The notes under the pieces were generated by a model. The model made no database searches. It worked only from the letters and a program-made list of their open reading frames with translations, and was not told the DNA's origin. 64,000 nucleotides of DNA from Vicugna vicugna (lineage: Eukaryota). The stretch is taken from assembly GCA_013265495.1 (NCBI GenBank), contig MU058531.1, forward strand, positions 3,720,911-3,784,910, given 5' to 3'. The translations under genes and the position numbers were made by a program. Positions 52,669-64,000 of the stretch are shown here, in pieces; positions within the stretch are counted from its first letter, which is position 1; each line of letters opens with the position of its first letter.

Positions 52669-53003
52669 AAATGACTTGTACTATTGCAATATATTTGGAA
52701 AATCATTGTTGTAATAAAATGTAAATGATAAACTAATACAGATGTGAAGAAGTATATAAAATTGACAACAATGGGGTATATATGTTTGTTTTCATTTTTC
52801 GTCATTAGGTTTAGGACTACATGTACACAATAGTATTATAAAAGCATAAAGTGAAGGCTCAAATTTTCTTGTTCTAAACAATATTGATATTGTAAGTACA
52901 TGATGTATTTTGATTATCACATAAATCCTAGGTCTTTTAATTTTAGCATCTATATTCTTAAACTTTGAAAGGGAAGTATTAACTTGATTAAAACATTGAT
53001 AGA

Positions 53004-53140
53004 TGGGGGAGGGTTTATAGCTCAGTGGTAGAGCATATGCTTATTAACATGCACAAGGTCCTGGGTATTGAAAATAAATAAATAAACCTAATTACCTCTC
53101 CCCTCACAAAAAACAAACAACAACAACAACAAAAAAGGAA
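53004..53140 (+). mobile_element. Vic-1-like SINE with deleted B box
   Basis: A box intact; ctgggt is followed directly by attgaaaataaa. Confidence 0.82.
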
Positions 53141-53224
53141 AAAACAGATTTGGTAGATTGTAAAAGGCTTTGAATGCCTGTGTTTGGACTTTTAAGGTGA
53201 AAAGATAAATTGGAAAGGGTTCGA

Positions 53225-53823
53225 TCAGACAGGAGGGAAGAGGGCAGGGCACAGCCATTAAAGGAATGACATGGCAATTGAAGATTGAACTCTCAGTAGA
53301 CCTTGAGGCCCAAGATGGTGGGAGATTTGACTTCCAGTAGATCTTGAGTCTCATTATACATTTATCGTAATATATTAGCATGGTCAGTGACACACCCACA
53401 GGCGCCAGTTCCGAGGCTGGCCATAAAAGGTCAATAAGTGGGTGATGGCCTAATTCCTGGGAATCCCAGCTCCTTCCCCAAAGTAGTTGGAACAGTCCTC
53501 CCACTTGTAAGCATATGAAACTACCTGCCCATAAATACTAACAACCCCTCACCTCGTTGTCACTCTCTCTTCCCTTCGGAAACTACCTGTACTATGCAGT
53601 AAGTATCTACTTTTACTTTAAACACTCGCCCCACACCTCGTGGCCTCTCTGGCCTTCTGAGATGGCCTACACTCTTCCTATGGAGTGTGCATCTCTGAAT
53701 AAATCTACTTTACCCAGCTAAGGCTCGCTCTTGGATTCTTTTCTGTCTGAAGCCAAGGATCCTCACTTGGTGGGACGCGTCCCAGGGATTCGCCCAAGAC
53801 CTGGGACACAACTATCCTTTTGT
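53225..53823 (+). mobile_element. ERV1-class solo LTR, same family as 52019-52668
   Basis: agacaggagggaagagggcagggcacagccatt...aataaa(53698)...ttttcctgtatca; aligns by eye with the reverse complement of 52019-52668. Confidence 0.88.
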
Positions 53824-54039
53824 ACCCCATTTTTCCTGTATCAATAGGGTTTTTTAAATTCTTAAATTATACAAAGTGATTTTTAAATAGTATTGCAATA
53901 AGGTAATTTGTCATTACTTAGTTGTAAATATTTCTTATGATTTGATTTTTAAAGCCACTTACGTGGCTTTTAAAGCCTTTGGAAGGGTATTTAAATTCTC
54001 ATCAAAGTTTTATTTAGACTACATGTTTTATGATCTTTC

Positions 54040-54780
54040 AAAAGTGTGAATCAAATCCTATCATTCCTTGTTCAAGACCCTCTAGTGAAATTCCTCATTA
54101 TAAAAATCCAGATTCTTTACCCTGCTCTACAAGGTCCTATATATTCTGGTCTTCACCTATCTCTACAATTTCAACTGCCACTCAACCTTATTAACTTCAC
54201 CGTGGACCTAATTTCTCAAATCTACCAATTTTCTGTCTACCTAAGGGCTTTTGCTTTTCCTCCAGAAATGTTCTTTGCCTTGTATTTTCTTTTCATTTAG
54301 GCCTTTGCTTAATGTCACTTGCTCAGAGTTGGGCTTTCTCTAAATATCCACCCTCTACCATTCTCATGACCTTACTCTACTTCATATTTCTTTATTGTCA
54401 TCTATTACTTATCACTAGCAGACAGTTATTCTATATAGGTGTCTGTTGTTTCCAGTACATTGTTCCTGACCTCAGTGTCTTTTTGGGCACTAGCTACTGG
54501 CTGTAGCTTCTGTTTGGACCACTCTTCCCCTGGGCTGTTTGCTGCTTGACATTTGGTTCTCAGCTTAAATGTCTGTCATTTTCTCACATACCTGATTACT
54601 CAGTCTGCCTACGCAGTTACTCTCACGTCACTCTATTCTAATATTTTGCAGAGTACTTCTCACACACACTTATTTGCCTCAACTCCTGGAATGTAAATTC
54701 CATTATCAACAGGGATCTTGTCTGTCTGGTTCATTGCTGCATAGCACCTAAAAAAGTTCCAGGTACCCAGGAGACATTTA
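54040..54780 (+). mobile_element. L2 LINE remnants
   Basis: aaaatccagattctttacc...ctcagcttaaatgtc...gaatgtaaattccat...agggatcttgtctgtctggttcattgctg. Confidence 0.6.
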
Positions 54781-56284
54781 AATGTAGACCCTTACATAAA
54801 AGTGAAAGAATGAAACTTTTCACAGCCACTCTGAGGCTGCACGGTGGTAAACGTGTCAGGAGATGCATCAGTGCAACTTGTGTTAAGTGTGGGGTCACAT
54901 GTTAGATGAGATTTCTGACCTTTGAGAAGCAGATGAAATTGCCTGGAATTCCATCCCATGTGTTTTTGGACAAATCTTCCCCATTCAGTCTCTGAGGAAT
55001 TAGAAGGGAAGCAATTGTTGGCCCTGAGCTGATCATTGAAATCTGTAGAGCAGATGCTACAAGGAAAAAAGTATACAGAGAAAAGCAACAGATGAAAGAT
55101 TTTGAGAGATGGGGCACCGCTGAGTTCAAAAGAAGACAAAAAGATTTTCAGTACATTAGGGGAAAATCCTATACAGTCAAGGGGAAAGAAATTTTGGAGT
55201 TAGTTTGATGAAGGTCAAAAATTTTAGTAATGTGAGACTGACAGCTATTGTGGTTAATTAGAAAGAGGTAGGATTTAAGAGTAATTATTAGTGGAAATTA
55301 TAGTTTTCCTTAATACTGAATTAGTTTTCAAAAGACCTGAGTTTGGCTACTGTTTTACCACAAAGTGACTGCAGGCTCTGGGCAAGTCAATTTATCCTCT
55401 GTGAGCATCAGTTTTATCACCTGTAATGTAGGAATAAAAACAATTTGCTCTGCTAATCTCAGTGTTATGAGGTTGCCAAAGATGGTTATGAGGGATGTGC
55501 ATTGTAAACCCTTAAACTTTGTACAAATACAATTATTAAAGTTGTTGGAGTCAGAAATGAAGGAATCAGGTGGTTACATGGCTGGTATAGAATAAATCCT
55601 GAAGGTGCGGGGGTAGGAGTAGGGGTGGTGATACAAGAACTTGTTATGGGGGACTGCTGGCAATAAAGAGTGGGATTGAAGGCTGAAGTGAAAACCAGAG
55701 ACAAGAAAAGTCCAGCTCCTTCCTTTAGGTACTCTAATTACTGGTCTATTGAATTCCTGAACTTTATGTCTTTTCTACTGGCCACTCTGCTCGGTTTATC
55801 ACTGCACTCAATTCTCCCTTATCTTGAAACAAATTTTTGAACTCTACCATAATCTTATTTTTCTCTCTACCACCCTGCCTACAAATATCCTCTCTTCTGG
55901 GTCATTTCCACTCAAAATGTGAACTGCAAGTGGCGGGCAAGTTTGGCAATATTTGTTTCTGACATCTACACCTCGATACTCGTACATCTTTCCTACCTAG
56001 AGGATTATCGGCTGTCAGGATTTAATCACATCAGCCAGAGTGTGAAGGTGCCTTACAAACTGTTACGAGCGCTACTGCACTAGCTCGGCATCATCACCAA
56101 TTACATAAGGAAACTGAACCCTCCGCGGTAGTCAGGCTCGCTCGGTATCACAGAGCCAGTTAAAAGCTGACTTCTTCAACAGAACCCATTTTTCCCAAGA
56201 CCGAGGTCGACGCAAAAGCTCACCGTCGCTCAAGTGGGTTCCGACGGAAACCGAACTTCACCAAATCTCGCCCCTCCGGGACTC

Positions 56285-56336
56285 GGGGGCGTGGTAGGGA
56301 GCACGAAGTATCGCGAGATGACGGCGTTTTCCCGCG
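56285..56336 (+). promoter_or_regulatory. HELLS proximal promoter motifs: Sp/KLF box, BANP/ZBTB33-type motif, E2F site
   Basis: GGGGGCGTGG 56285-56294; TATCGCGAGA 56309-56318; TTTCCCGC 56328-56335. Confidence 0.75.
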
Positions 56337-56469
56337 AAGGAGAAGCGCGCGTTTTTCTCTGGTCGCTCACTTGGCCGGGAGACTGGGACCGGCAGCGGCT
56401 GTGAGGAATTACCGGGTGGTGTTGAGGGACTGAGAGGAGGGTACACGGCTCCGGAGTGTGTGTCCAGCC

Positions 56470-56500
56470 ATGCCAGCGCAGCGGCCCGCGAGTAGCGGCG
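56470..56500 (+). CDS. HELLS: HELLS (LSH, SNF2-family chromatin remodeller) exon 1 coding part
   Basis: cagccATG; MPAQRPASSG then g|gtgagt donor; resembles human MPAERPAGSG. Confidence 0.9.
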
Positions 56501-56923
56501 GTGAGTGGGGAGAACCTGCCTCCGGGCGGCGGCACCCGGGGTGAAGGGGGGTGGCGGGCAGCATGGAGACTGCAGCCGAGTTTTGCCGGGACAGCCGACC
56601 CCGGGCAGAGACTGAGGAGGAGTGTAGGGTTACCCACTCTGGGGGGAGTGAGTGGAGGACACCGGGAATTGCACATACGTGCGTGATATAGGAGCTTTTA
56701 CGCAGGGGAGCCGCATTTTCCCGATCACCCCCATATGTAAACTGGGGTCCGGGCAACTTGTTGACATTGTGAAGACCTAAAATGTCTAGGATGCTGGCGT
56801 TCCCGTGGGGCTTCAACTTCTATCTTAAGTACATCTGGGAAGGGGAGGAAGGTTATTTAATTCGGGAGCGGGTACTTGGTCACTTTTTAAAACTGCAGTT
56901 TAAAAGCCTCGTCCCCTCCACAG

Positions 56924-57045
56924 GGTCCCTCGCTCCAGATATGGTTGAACAGTCGAAGACGGCCGTGATTACCCCAGCCATGCTAGAAGAGGAAGAACAG
57001 CTTGAGGCTGCTGGGCTGGAGAAAGAGCGGAAGATGCTAGAAAAG
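56924..57045 (+). CDS. HELLS: HELLS exon 2
   Basis: ccacag / aag|gtaatt; 122 nt; [40 protein letters not shown]. Confidence 0.96.
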
Positions 57046-57949
57046 GTAATTTAGCAGTCAAGTTCATCCTCGTGAAGTAGTAACCGGGAGCTTCCTTGGA
57101 GGCGTGGTCTTGTTCTTCAGTTTACTAGTCTGGTTTTTTTTTTTTTTAATGAGCTTTAAAAGGGGCTTCGGTATTTATTTGTATCTTTCCCGATGCTATC
57201 TTTGAGAAACCTTTGCACGAGCTTTGAATGATGCTTCTATGAGATAGTCTCGGTCTGTTAACTGGCTTCATCTCTCTTAAGTGAGCATGGCTTGTTTAGC
57301 GCTTATAATTCTTCCAAGGTCGGTAGTGAATACTTTTTGGTGAATTCTTTCAGTGCGGTATTTCCACCTTGCTTTTTTGCTTTCTTTTCCGTTTCGTGGG
57401 CAATTGCTAAGTAAGATCCTTTAGGTTAAAATGTGAAGTACTTTTTCAATGAAAAGTTATTTTACTTGTGGTTTTCTTGTACAGATTCTTTTGTAGATTA
57501 CTAAAATCAGTATTTGACCTCTTAAATTTAATTTTTAAGTTTGTTTTACTCCAGTAATAATGTCTCATCTTATTGCTTGCTTAATTATTGCTCGTGCAAG
57601 AAGAATGATACCTGTCAGCTCTTACGTACTGCCTACTAAGTAATTTTCTTGTAATAATTTATTTAGCCCAACCAATACTATGGTTATACCTAAGGTAATT
57701 TTGATATCTACACTTACGACGAAACTGAGGCAATGAGGTAGGGGGGGTCACACATTAATGAACTCAAATTTGGCTGTCTCCAGAGTTCTTGTCCTTAACC
57801 CTATACTTCTGAGGACATTGATATTGAATTAACTCCATGTAATTACAAAACTACTTAAATTGGGAAATAGTGCACTCCAAAGACATAATGAATTAGTTGG
57901 TTCCCTGCTATTTTTTATCAACAGTAATGGTTTTGTTACCATTGTTAAT

Positions 57950-58250
57950 ACCTCATGATCATTTATTGTGAGTCAGTCATTGTTCTGAATGCCATGCATG
58001 TATTTACTCATGGAATCCTCAACTATTCTATAAAGTAGATACTATTATTAAACTCATTATTATTATTAAACTTACTAGTATTACTTTTATTAAAGTATTC
58101 TGTAAAATAGGTTCAATTTTCATTTCATTTTACAGATGAGGAAGCAGGTACCTAGAGGTTGCTTGGGGTCCCACTGCTAGTAAATGGCAGAACACAGATG
58201 TTAATGTAGGCCATGTGGTTCCAGAATTCACTTTTTAACCACTTTGCTAA
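57950..58250 (-). mobile_element. MIR SINE
   Basis: cattttacagatgaggaagc...ctagtaaatggcaga. Confidence 0.7.
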
Positions 58251-60096
58251 ACTTTGACTCCAGTAAATGCTAGTTCTGTTGTTACTGATCATCTGTAGTT
58301 GACCATAAGACATTAAGGTAATATTTTAACACTTATTAAGGGACTTGAGAGGTCAACCTTGAACCGCCTTTACTATACTCTGTGAATTCTCATATTATTT
58401 TGTTACACAGTATTACTATTAATTACTTGATTCTTTCTCATTTTGTTTCTTGAGGGCACATCACTTAACTGTTCTGGTTTTGTAGGCTGTGCACCTGCAA
58501 ATAGTAGGCAATGGTGAATGTTGAATTTCTAACCAAGGTAAAAGAATACTTTATAATGTATTACATAACATATGATTATATTAAAAAAAATACTTGCTAG
58601 CATTGTAACAAGGTGAATTGTAAAGGATGACTCCTGGGTCAAGTGTCCAGAGTATAATCAACTTCAGAGGTTGTAAGAGTGATAAAGCCTTAATTTTGAG
58701 TCATGTACTTCATTTTTATAACCCATGAAGGTTGGTAGGTAAGAAAGTACTATTTGAAGAAAGACATGGGATATAATAAGAATACATTTCCAGAATGTAT
58801 TAGTTCAAGTGAAAAAACATTATTTTCACGTTTAAAAAAAAAAAACCTCAAAATTTATAGTACCATAAATATTTGCTGATTACACTAGGAGTCAAAGTAA
58901 CTTCTACTCTGAGTGAAATATTTAAGCTTTTGAACAAGCATTTTGTAATCAGCTCTAAAATTTTTTGCAATTGTTATTAGTGTTGAGGGATAGGTATGGT
59001 ATAACTAGACTTTCTTTAGAATTTATGCGTCATAGAATTTTAAAAAGCAATTTTTAATCCATTTTTCAATCTTTCCATGAATAAAGTGTATAGCTCTTTC
59101 TTTTCAGTCTTACTAACACAAGGGTGTAATTTGCTAAAAACCTAGTAGTATTGTGGTCCATTGTTATTACATGGTCTTTTTAAGTACAGGTATTGAAAGA
59201 ATTTGATTACTTTTTGTCTTTGGAGCCAAAAAATTCACTTTACAAAAGTAAAGATTCCTTTTATTTTGGAAGAATACAGTGTTTATGGGCATATATTTAA
59301 AAGTACTTAAGAGAAGAAGAGCTAGCTTAAGTTCTTAATGAAGAGCATTTGCTTTGCTTTAGGAGGCTTGAAGTTTTGTGAAGAGCCTGGAGAGTGACTT
59401 TGACATTCATTTGCTACAGTTATTTTCTTTGACTTTTCACCTGCATTTCCTTTTGAAAGAAGTCATTGTTAATCTAGAAGACTTGAGAGTAGCCTTGATG
59501 GCTGTTTAGTGGGGGGGGGGAGGTAAGAGTTGTGATGTTTCTTGGAGAGAGAAAAGGAAAATGGTTCACATTGTGTAGACTGAAATATAACTCCCCCTGC
59601 CAAAAAAGAAAATCTGGGGTTGGTGTTGGGAGAGGTAATGGGGTAGACAGTGGAGAATTTATGCTCTTGGTGATCATTCACATCCTCTCTCATCATCAAG
59701 AGAAGCTTCCTGCCAGGCACTTAAGTACTTTCCACAGATGGGGCTACAATTTACCTTAATATAACAACTAATAAAATATAAGTCAAGAAGGAGTAATGAC
59801 ACATGAGAATATTTACTACAAAATTATTTTGAAATACAGAGGACTGGGTTTATAGGTTAACCCTTGGCATAATGTTCTAATTATATTATAAATATTGTTC
59901 CATGATTGCACCATAAAGCTTTAATTACTTTAAAAATGCATGCTTATTTATTCTGAACAGATTTAAGGCAGCAGAAATACCTAAATTAAGGACAGAGTAT
60001 TTTAACTAAAAATATTTTTTAAAGTTAAATTTAAGAATTCATTTGTATAAACTCTTATATAATTTCATTTCCCCATTTATAATATCCATTTCATTT

Positions 60097-60513
60097 TGTG
60101 AAGGAAAAGCCGGGCTGGGCCTACTTGCAAATCTAAGTGTAACAAGTGTCGGATTACTGACCTGAGTTCTGCTGGGCTAACTCGTAAAACTAAGTTAATA
60201 AGTGTCGGTTTGCTGATTCTCTGCTCATGTTTTTTGCTACCTAGCCGGATTTTCAGAGAAACATATCTGGCCTTGAAATGTTGGTTTGCTGCCTCCCTGC
60301 CTCTACTTTTGTGATAATGATGCTGCTAAAGCTGTTCCATGCCTATTGGCCAAATACCCCAAGCTTGTAATTAACCCTATAAAACCTCATGCACACGTCT
60401 TGAAGGTGCTCAGAGCTTCAGAGCAGAAGCCCCTCTGAGCCTGCCGGCGTAATCTGAGTACTCCAACCCTCCAAGTGGTGCTTGTTTCTTGCTGGCCTGT
60501 CATTTCCGTAACA
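60097..60513 (+). mobile_element. retroviral-type solo LTR in HELLS intron 2
   Basis: tgtgaagg...cgtaaca termini; ATTGG 60345; TATAAAA 60378-60384; GC-richer than flanks with CpGs retained. Confidence 0.7.
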
Positions 60514-60957
60514 TTTCAACTGCCTATTGTAATCACAGTAGTATATTGGTAATAGTAAAAGAAAGGCTGTCATAAAAAAAACTGAAAGTAGTTTTATGAG
60601 ATACGAGCAGATTATCTGCATGGGTAAGATTATGGGTAATTTTTAAAAGAATTTGAATTTTCCTATAATGTGCATGTATTACTTACATTAGATTTATTCT
60701 TAGGTGTCTTAAATTGTCACTGCTTTTGTAATAGAAAATAAATTTATTTTGAAAGAAAAGTTAGTGAGATGACATAACATTTGGGAAGTCCAATATACAG
60801 TGGTGTCTGATTTACAGAGTCAAGCCATAATCACTAAATTAATACACTCACACACTCTAAATCTCAGGAGTAGAATGCTGGTTAGTAAGATTTGCATATA
60901 TTCAACTCTCACTTGACTCACTTTGACCACTTAATGCTTTTCTTTTGAGTTCAGATT

Positions 60958-61170
60958 AGTGTTGGATTGGCACATTATGAACTGAATTTGGCCTGTGCTT
61001 TATGTAAATAAAGCTTTATTGGAACACACTTTGCCTATTTGTTTATGTATTGTATATAACTGCTCCTGTGTAAGAAGGCAAATTTAAGAACTGGCAGTAC
61101 AAACCGTATCATGCTCAAATATTTAAATATTTGCCCTTTGCCCCTTTACAAAAAGTTTGTTGACTATTGA
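60958..61170. mobile_element. MER58A-like DNA transposon
   Basis: tgtaaataaagctttattggaacac...ccctttacaaaaagtttg. Confidence 0.75.
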
Positions 61171-61977
61171 ACTATACTGTTTATTTGTTGCTTTTGTTTT
61201 CCCTGATGTGCCCTCTGGTATTGTTCTTTTAAAATGTTTAACTTTTATTATGAATTGAGTGAGGGGTCCTCCTCAGCTACTAGACTGTATACTCTTACAA
61301 ATCAATAGTATGTGTGAGTCATATGGAAAGCAGAGGTTTGTAAATGGAAGGCGTATACAAGTGAAAGATAAAGCGAAGAGTATGAGAGTAAAAGAAAGCT
61401 AGAAGGTAAGGGCAAGGCTTGGGCAGCACAATACTAAGGAGGAGAGAAGGCTGTAAGAAATTATCAGTAGGTTTAACATTTGAAATATTTTCACAATATA
61501 GTTTTTGAATTCTAAAAATAGATATTCTAGCCCCTAGCCAGTGAAATTATCTTTTAATTCCAATGCTCTTTCAGATAAAACTGGTATATAAAGTTTTTCT
61601 TTTCTGAAATCATTTGGTTGTTTTAAAACTTAAATTTAACTTGATTTAAATATTTACTTTCTAACTTTTATTTCAAATATTTTGAAAATGTGCCTTTAAC
61701 TCTCAAATTTCAATATTTTGGTATCTGTGCTGTATCTTACCGGATTGCCTGTTGAACCCCCAGAATCATATTTGCTATTTGAGTTTTTTGTTTGGAAGAT
61801 AAACCAGTTTTAATTTTTAGTAAATGAATTTAATATTGTAAAAATAATTTCATTAATTACAGGGTACATATTAAACCTAAAGAGCATTTGTTTAGCCATG
61901 TTTGTTATACCTTATGCAAAAAAAATCAATGTATGTCAGAAAACTTTAATAATTTTGGAAACTTTCTCTTTGGATAG

Positions 61978-62100
61978 GCTCGCATGTCTTGGGATAGAGA
62001 GTCAATGGACATTCGATATCGTAGACTTCAACATTTGCTTGAAAAAAGCAATATCTACTCCAAATTTTTATTGACTAAAATGGAACAGCAACAATTAGAG
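61978..62100 (+). CDS. HELLS: HELLS exon 3 (gene continues beyond the window)
   Basis: ggatag / gag|gtatgt; 123 nt; [41 protein letters not shown]. Confidence 0.96.
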
Positions 62101-62134
62101 GTATGTGATTGATTACAGCTATCATAGCTTGCAT

Positions 62135-63175
62135 TTTTTATAAAACAGCTTTATTGACATACAAATTACATACAATTAAACGCACGTATTTTAAGGTTAG
62201 AGTTGGATGAGTTTTGACCTGTGTAACCACCAGCACAGTCAAGGTAAAGAACATTTCTATATCACTCTGAAAAGTTCCCTTTTCAGTGATCTTCACACCT
62301 AGCCCCGGAAAACCACTGATTTCTGTCACTATAGATTAATTTTCTAAAATATTACATAAATGGAATCGTATGATAAGCACTTTTTGTGTCTCGCTTCTTT
62401 TGCTCAGCATATTTTGAGACTCACTTACGTGTGTTTATTTAGTAGATCATTTTTATTCCTGAGAAGCATTCCACTGTATGAATATATCAATGTTTATTTT
62501 TCTAGTCACCTGTTGACTCATTTTCATCCTGTCCAGTGGTGTTTTTTGGATGCTAGGAATTGTGAATTTTACATTGCTCAGTCCCCTTTTAAAGAATTGC
62601 TTTATTAAAGTATAATTGATATACATAAAACTGTACATATTTAAAATGTATACCCATGAAGCCACCACAATCAGGATAATGACCATAACCATCAATTCCA
62701 AAAAATTCTTCCTGTCCCCCCTTTTAAATGAGATATTATTGACACATAACACTATTTTAGTTTCATGTGTACAATATGATTCAATATTTGTATAAGTTAT
62801 AAAATGATCACCACAGTAAGTATAGTTAACATTGTCACTACATATCGTTCAAAAAAAAATTTTTTTTCTTAAGATGGGGACTTCTAAGATTTTACTCTCT
62901 TAGCAATTTTCAAATATGCAATACAGTATTATTAAATATGGTCACCATGTTGAATAGTATGTCCTGATGACTTTAGTTTATAACTGAAAATCTGTACCCT
63001 TTGACTACCGCCCCAACCACAGATCTGTTCTCTGAATCTATGAGCTCTTTTTTTTTCTTTAAAGATTCCATATATGAGTGAGATGTGGTATTTGACTTCC
63101 CTTGTCTGACATATTTCACTTAGCATAATACCCTCAAGGTCCGCCCATATTTTTACAAATGGCAAGATTACTTAT
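62135..63175 (-). mobile_element. cluster of L1 3'-end fragments
   Basis: Three T-rich L1 3' termini; minus-strand peptide WADLEGIMLSEICQT. Confidence 0.75.
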
Positions 63176-64000
63176 GGCTAAATTTCTGCCCGTTTTTAAT
63201 TCTCTTCCATCCCTCACTTCCTGTCTTTTCTCATATCCTGTCTTCATCATCGGATAGCTACTGGTCTCCTTTCTGTAATTAAAGATTTGTTTGCATTTTC
63301 TGTTGGTGGAAGGTTCTTTCAGCTTTTGTATGTCTGGAAAAGTCTTCATTTACCTTCATTTTTGAAAGATTTTCTCCTGGGTAGAGAATTTATTGATTTT
63401 CTTATTGCTTCCTCCCTCCCCCATGCAGTATTTTGATGATGTTTTACTGCCTTCCAGCTTATGTTGTTTCTGACAAAGGCAAAGTCCTCTTGATGCTCTA
63501 CAAGACTGTAAGAGTCTGGTTGCCTCTCTCAACCCCATTACCTTTCAGACCTTGTTCTGGGTGTGTTCCCTGCCTTTTGGGCCATTTTGCACTGGCTGTT
63601 TTCTTCTTGGAACCCTCCTCTCAATAGCTATCTGCCTGGCTTACTTCATCATCATCTTCAAGCTTTGGCTTAAAATTTTTCTCAGTGAGGCCTGCCCTGA
63701 CAACCTTAGTTACCTGGCACCTCCAGCCTCACACTTCTGATCCCTTTTACCTTGCTCAGTTCTCCCCATTGCATTTATCACCTAAGACTGTATAATTTAT
63801 TTATAGTCTGCTAGATTGTAGGAAGATTTGCTCAGTTAAGAGGCCTTTCCATTTTGGCTGACAGGAATGTTAACTGTTCTTGATCCCTTGTGAGCACAGG
63901 GATTGTTCATCTGCTTTCTCGTTGTTCTGTTCATGGCCGTGGTTTTCTCCTTCCACTCAAACTTATCAGTACTCAACCTGAGGACGCCACTACAGATCTT

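Larger units (their letters stand above)
56100..57110. promoter_or_regulatory. CpG island / HELLS promoter
   Basis: Sharp rise in GC and CpG density spanning the HELLS start codon and exon 2. Confidence 0.9.

Noticed and set aside
51896..53504. 146-aa and 138-aa ORFs, or a provirus between the two LTRs
   Set aside because: The ORFs lie within LTRs; the LTRs are inverted rather than direct, and no gag/pol/PBS lies between them
56230..57054. Several overlapping ORFs in the GC-rich region
   Set aside because: Stop-codon depletion in a CpG island; only HELLS exons 1-2 are supported

Overview
Mammalian genomic DNA, AT-rich and repeat-rich. It is very probably from a camelid, based on seven Vic-1-like tRNA-derived SINEs. 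The + strand carries the last 12 coding exons of TBC1D12 (Rab-GAP, 769-48093; exon 1 lies upstream of the window) and its 3' UTR. An LTR-rich intergenic stretch follows, then the CpG-island promoter and first three coding exons of HELLS/LSH (56470-62100), in the same gene order as human. All exon phases were checked by hand and join in frame with GT-AG introns. There is one assembly gap (11779-12039). The most interesting observations are: a probable L1 3' transduction (10868-12195); a TSD-flanked L1 made only of 5' UTR plus the ORF1 start; a candidate in-frame cassette exon in TBC1D12 with downstream RBFOX/QKI motifs; a head-to-head pair of same-family solo LTRs upstream of HELLS; and a sense LTR in HELLS intron 2 lacking AATAAA. 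No prokaryotic-type system (CRISPR etc.) is present. Gene and repeat names come from recalled sequences, not database searches, and repeat boundaries without a TSD are approximate.
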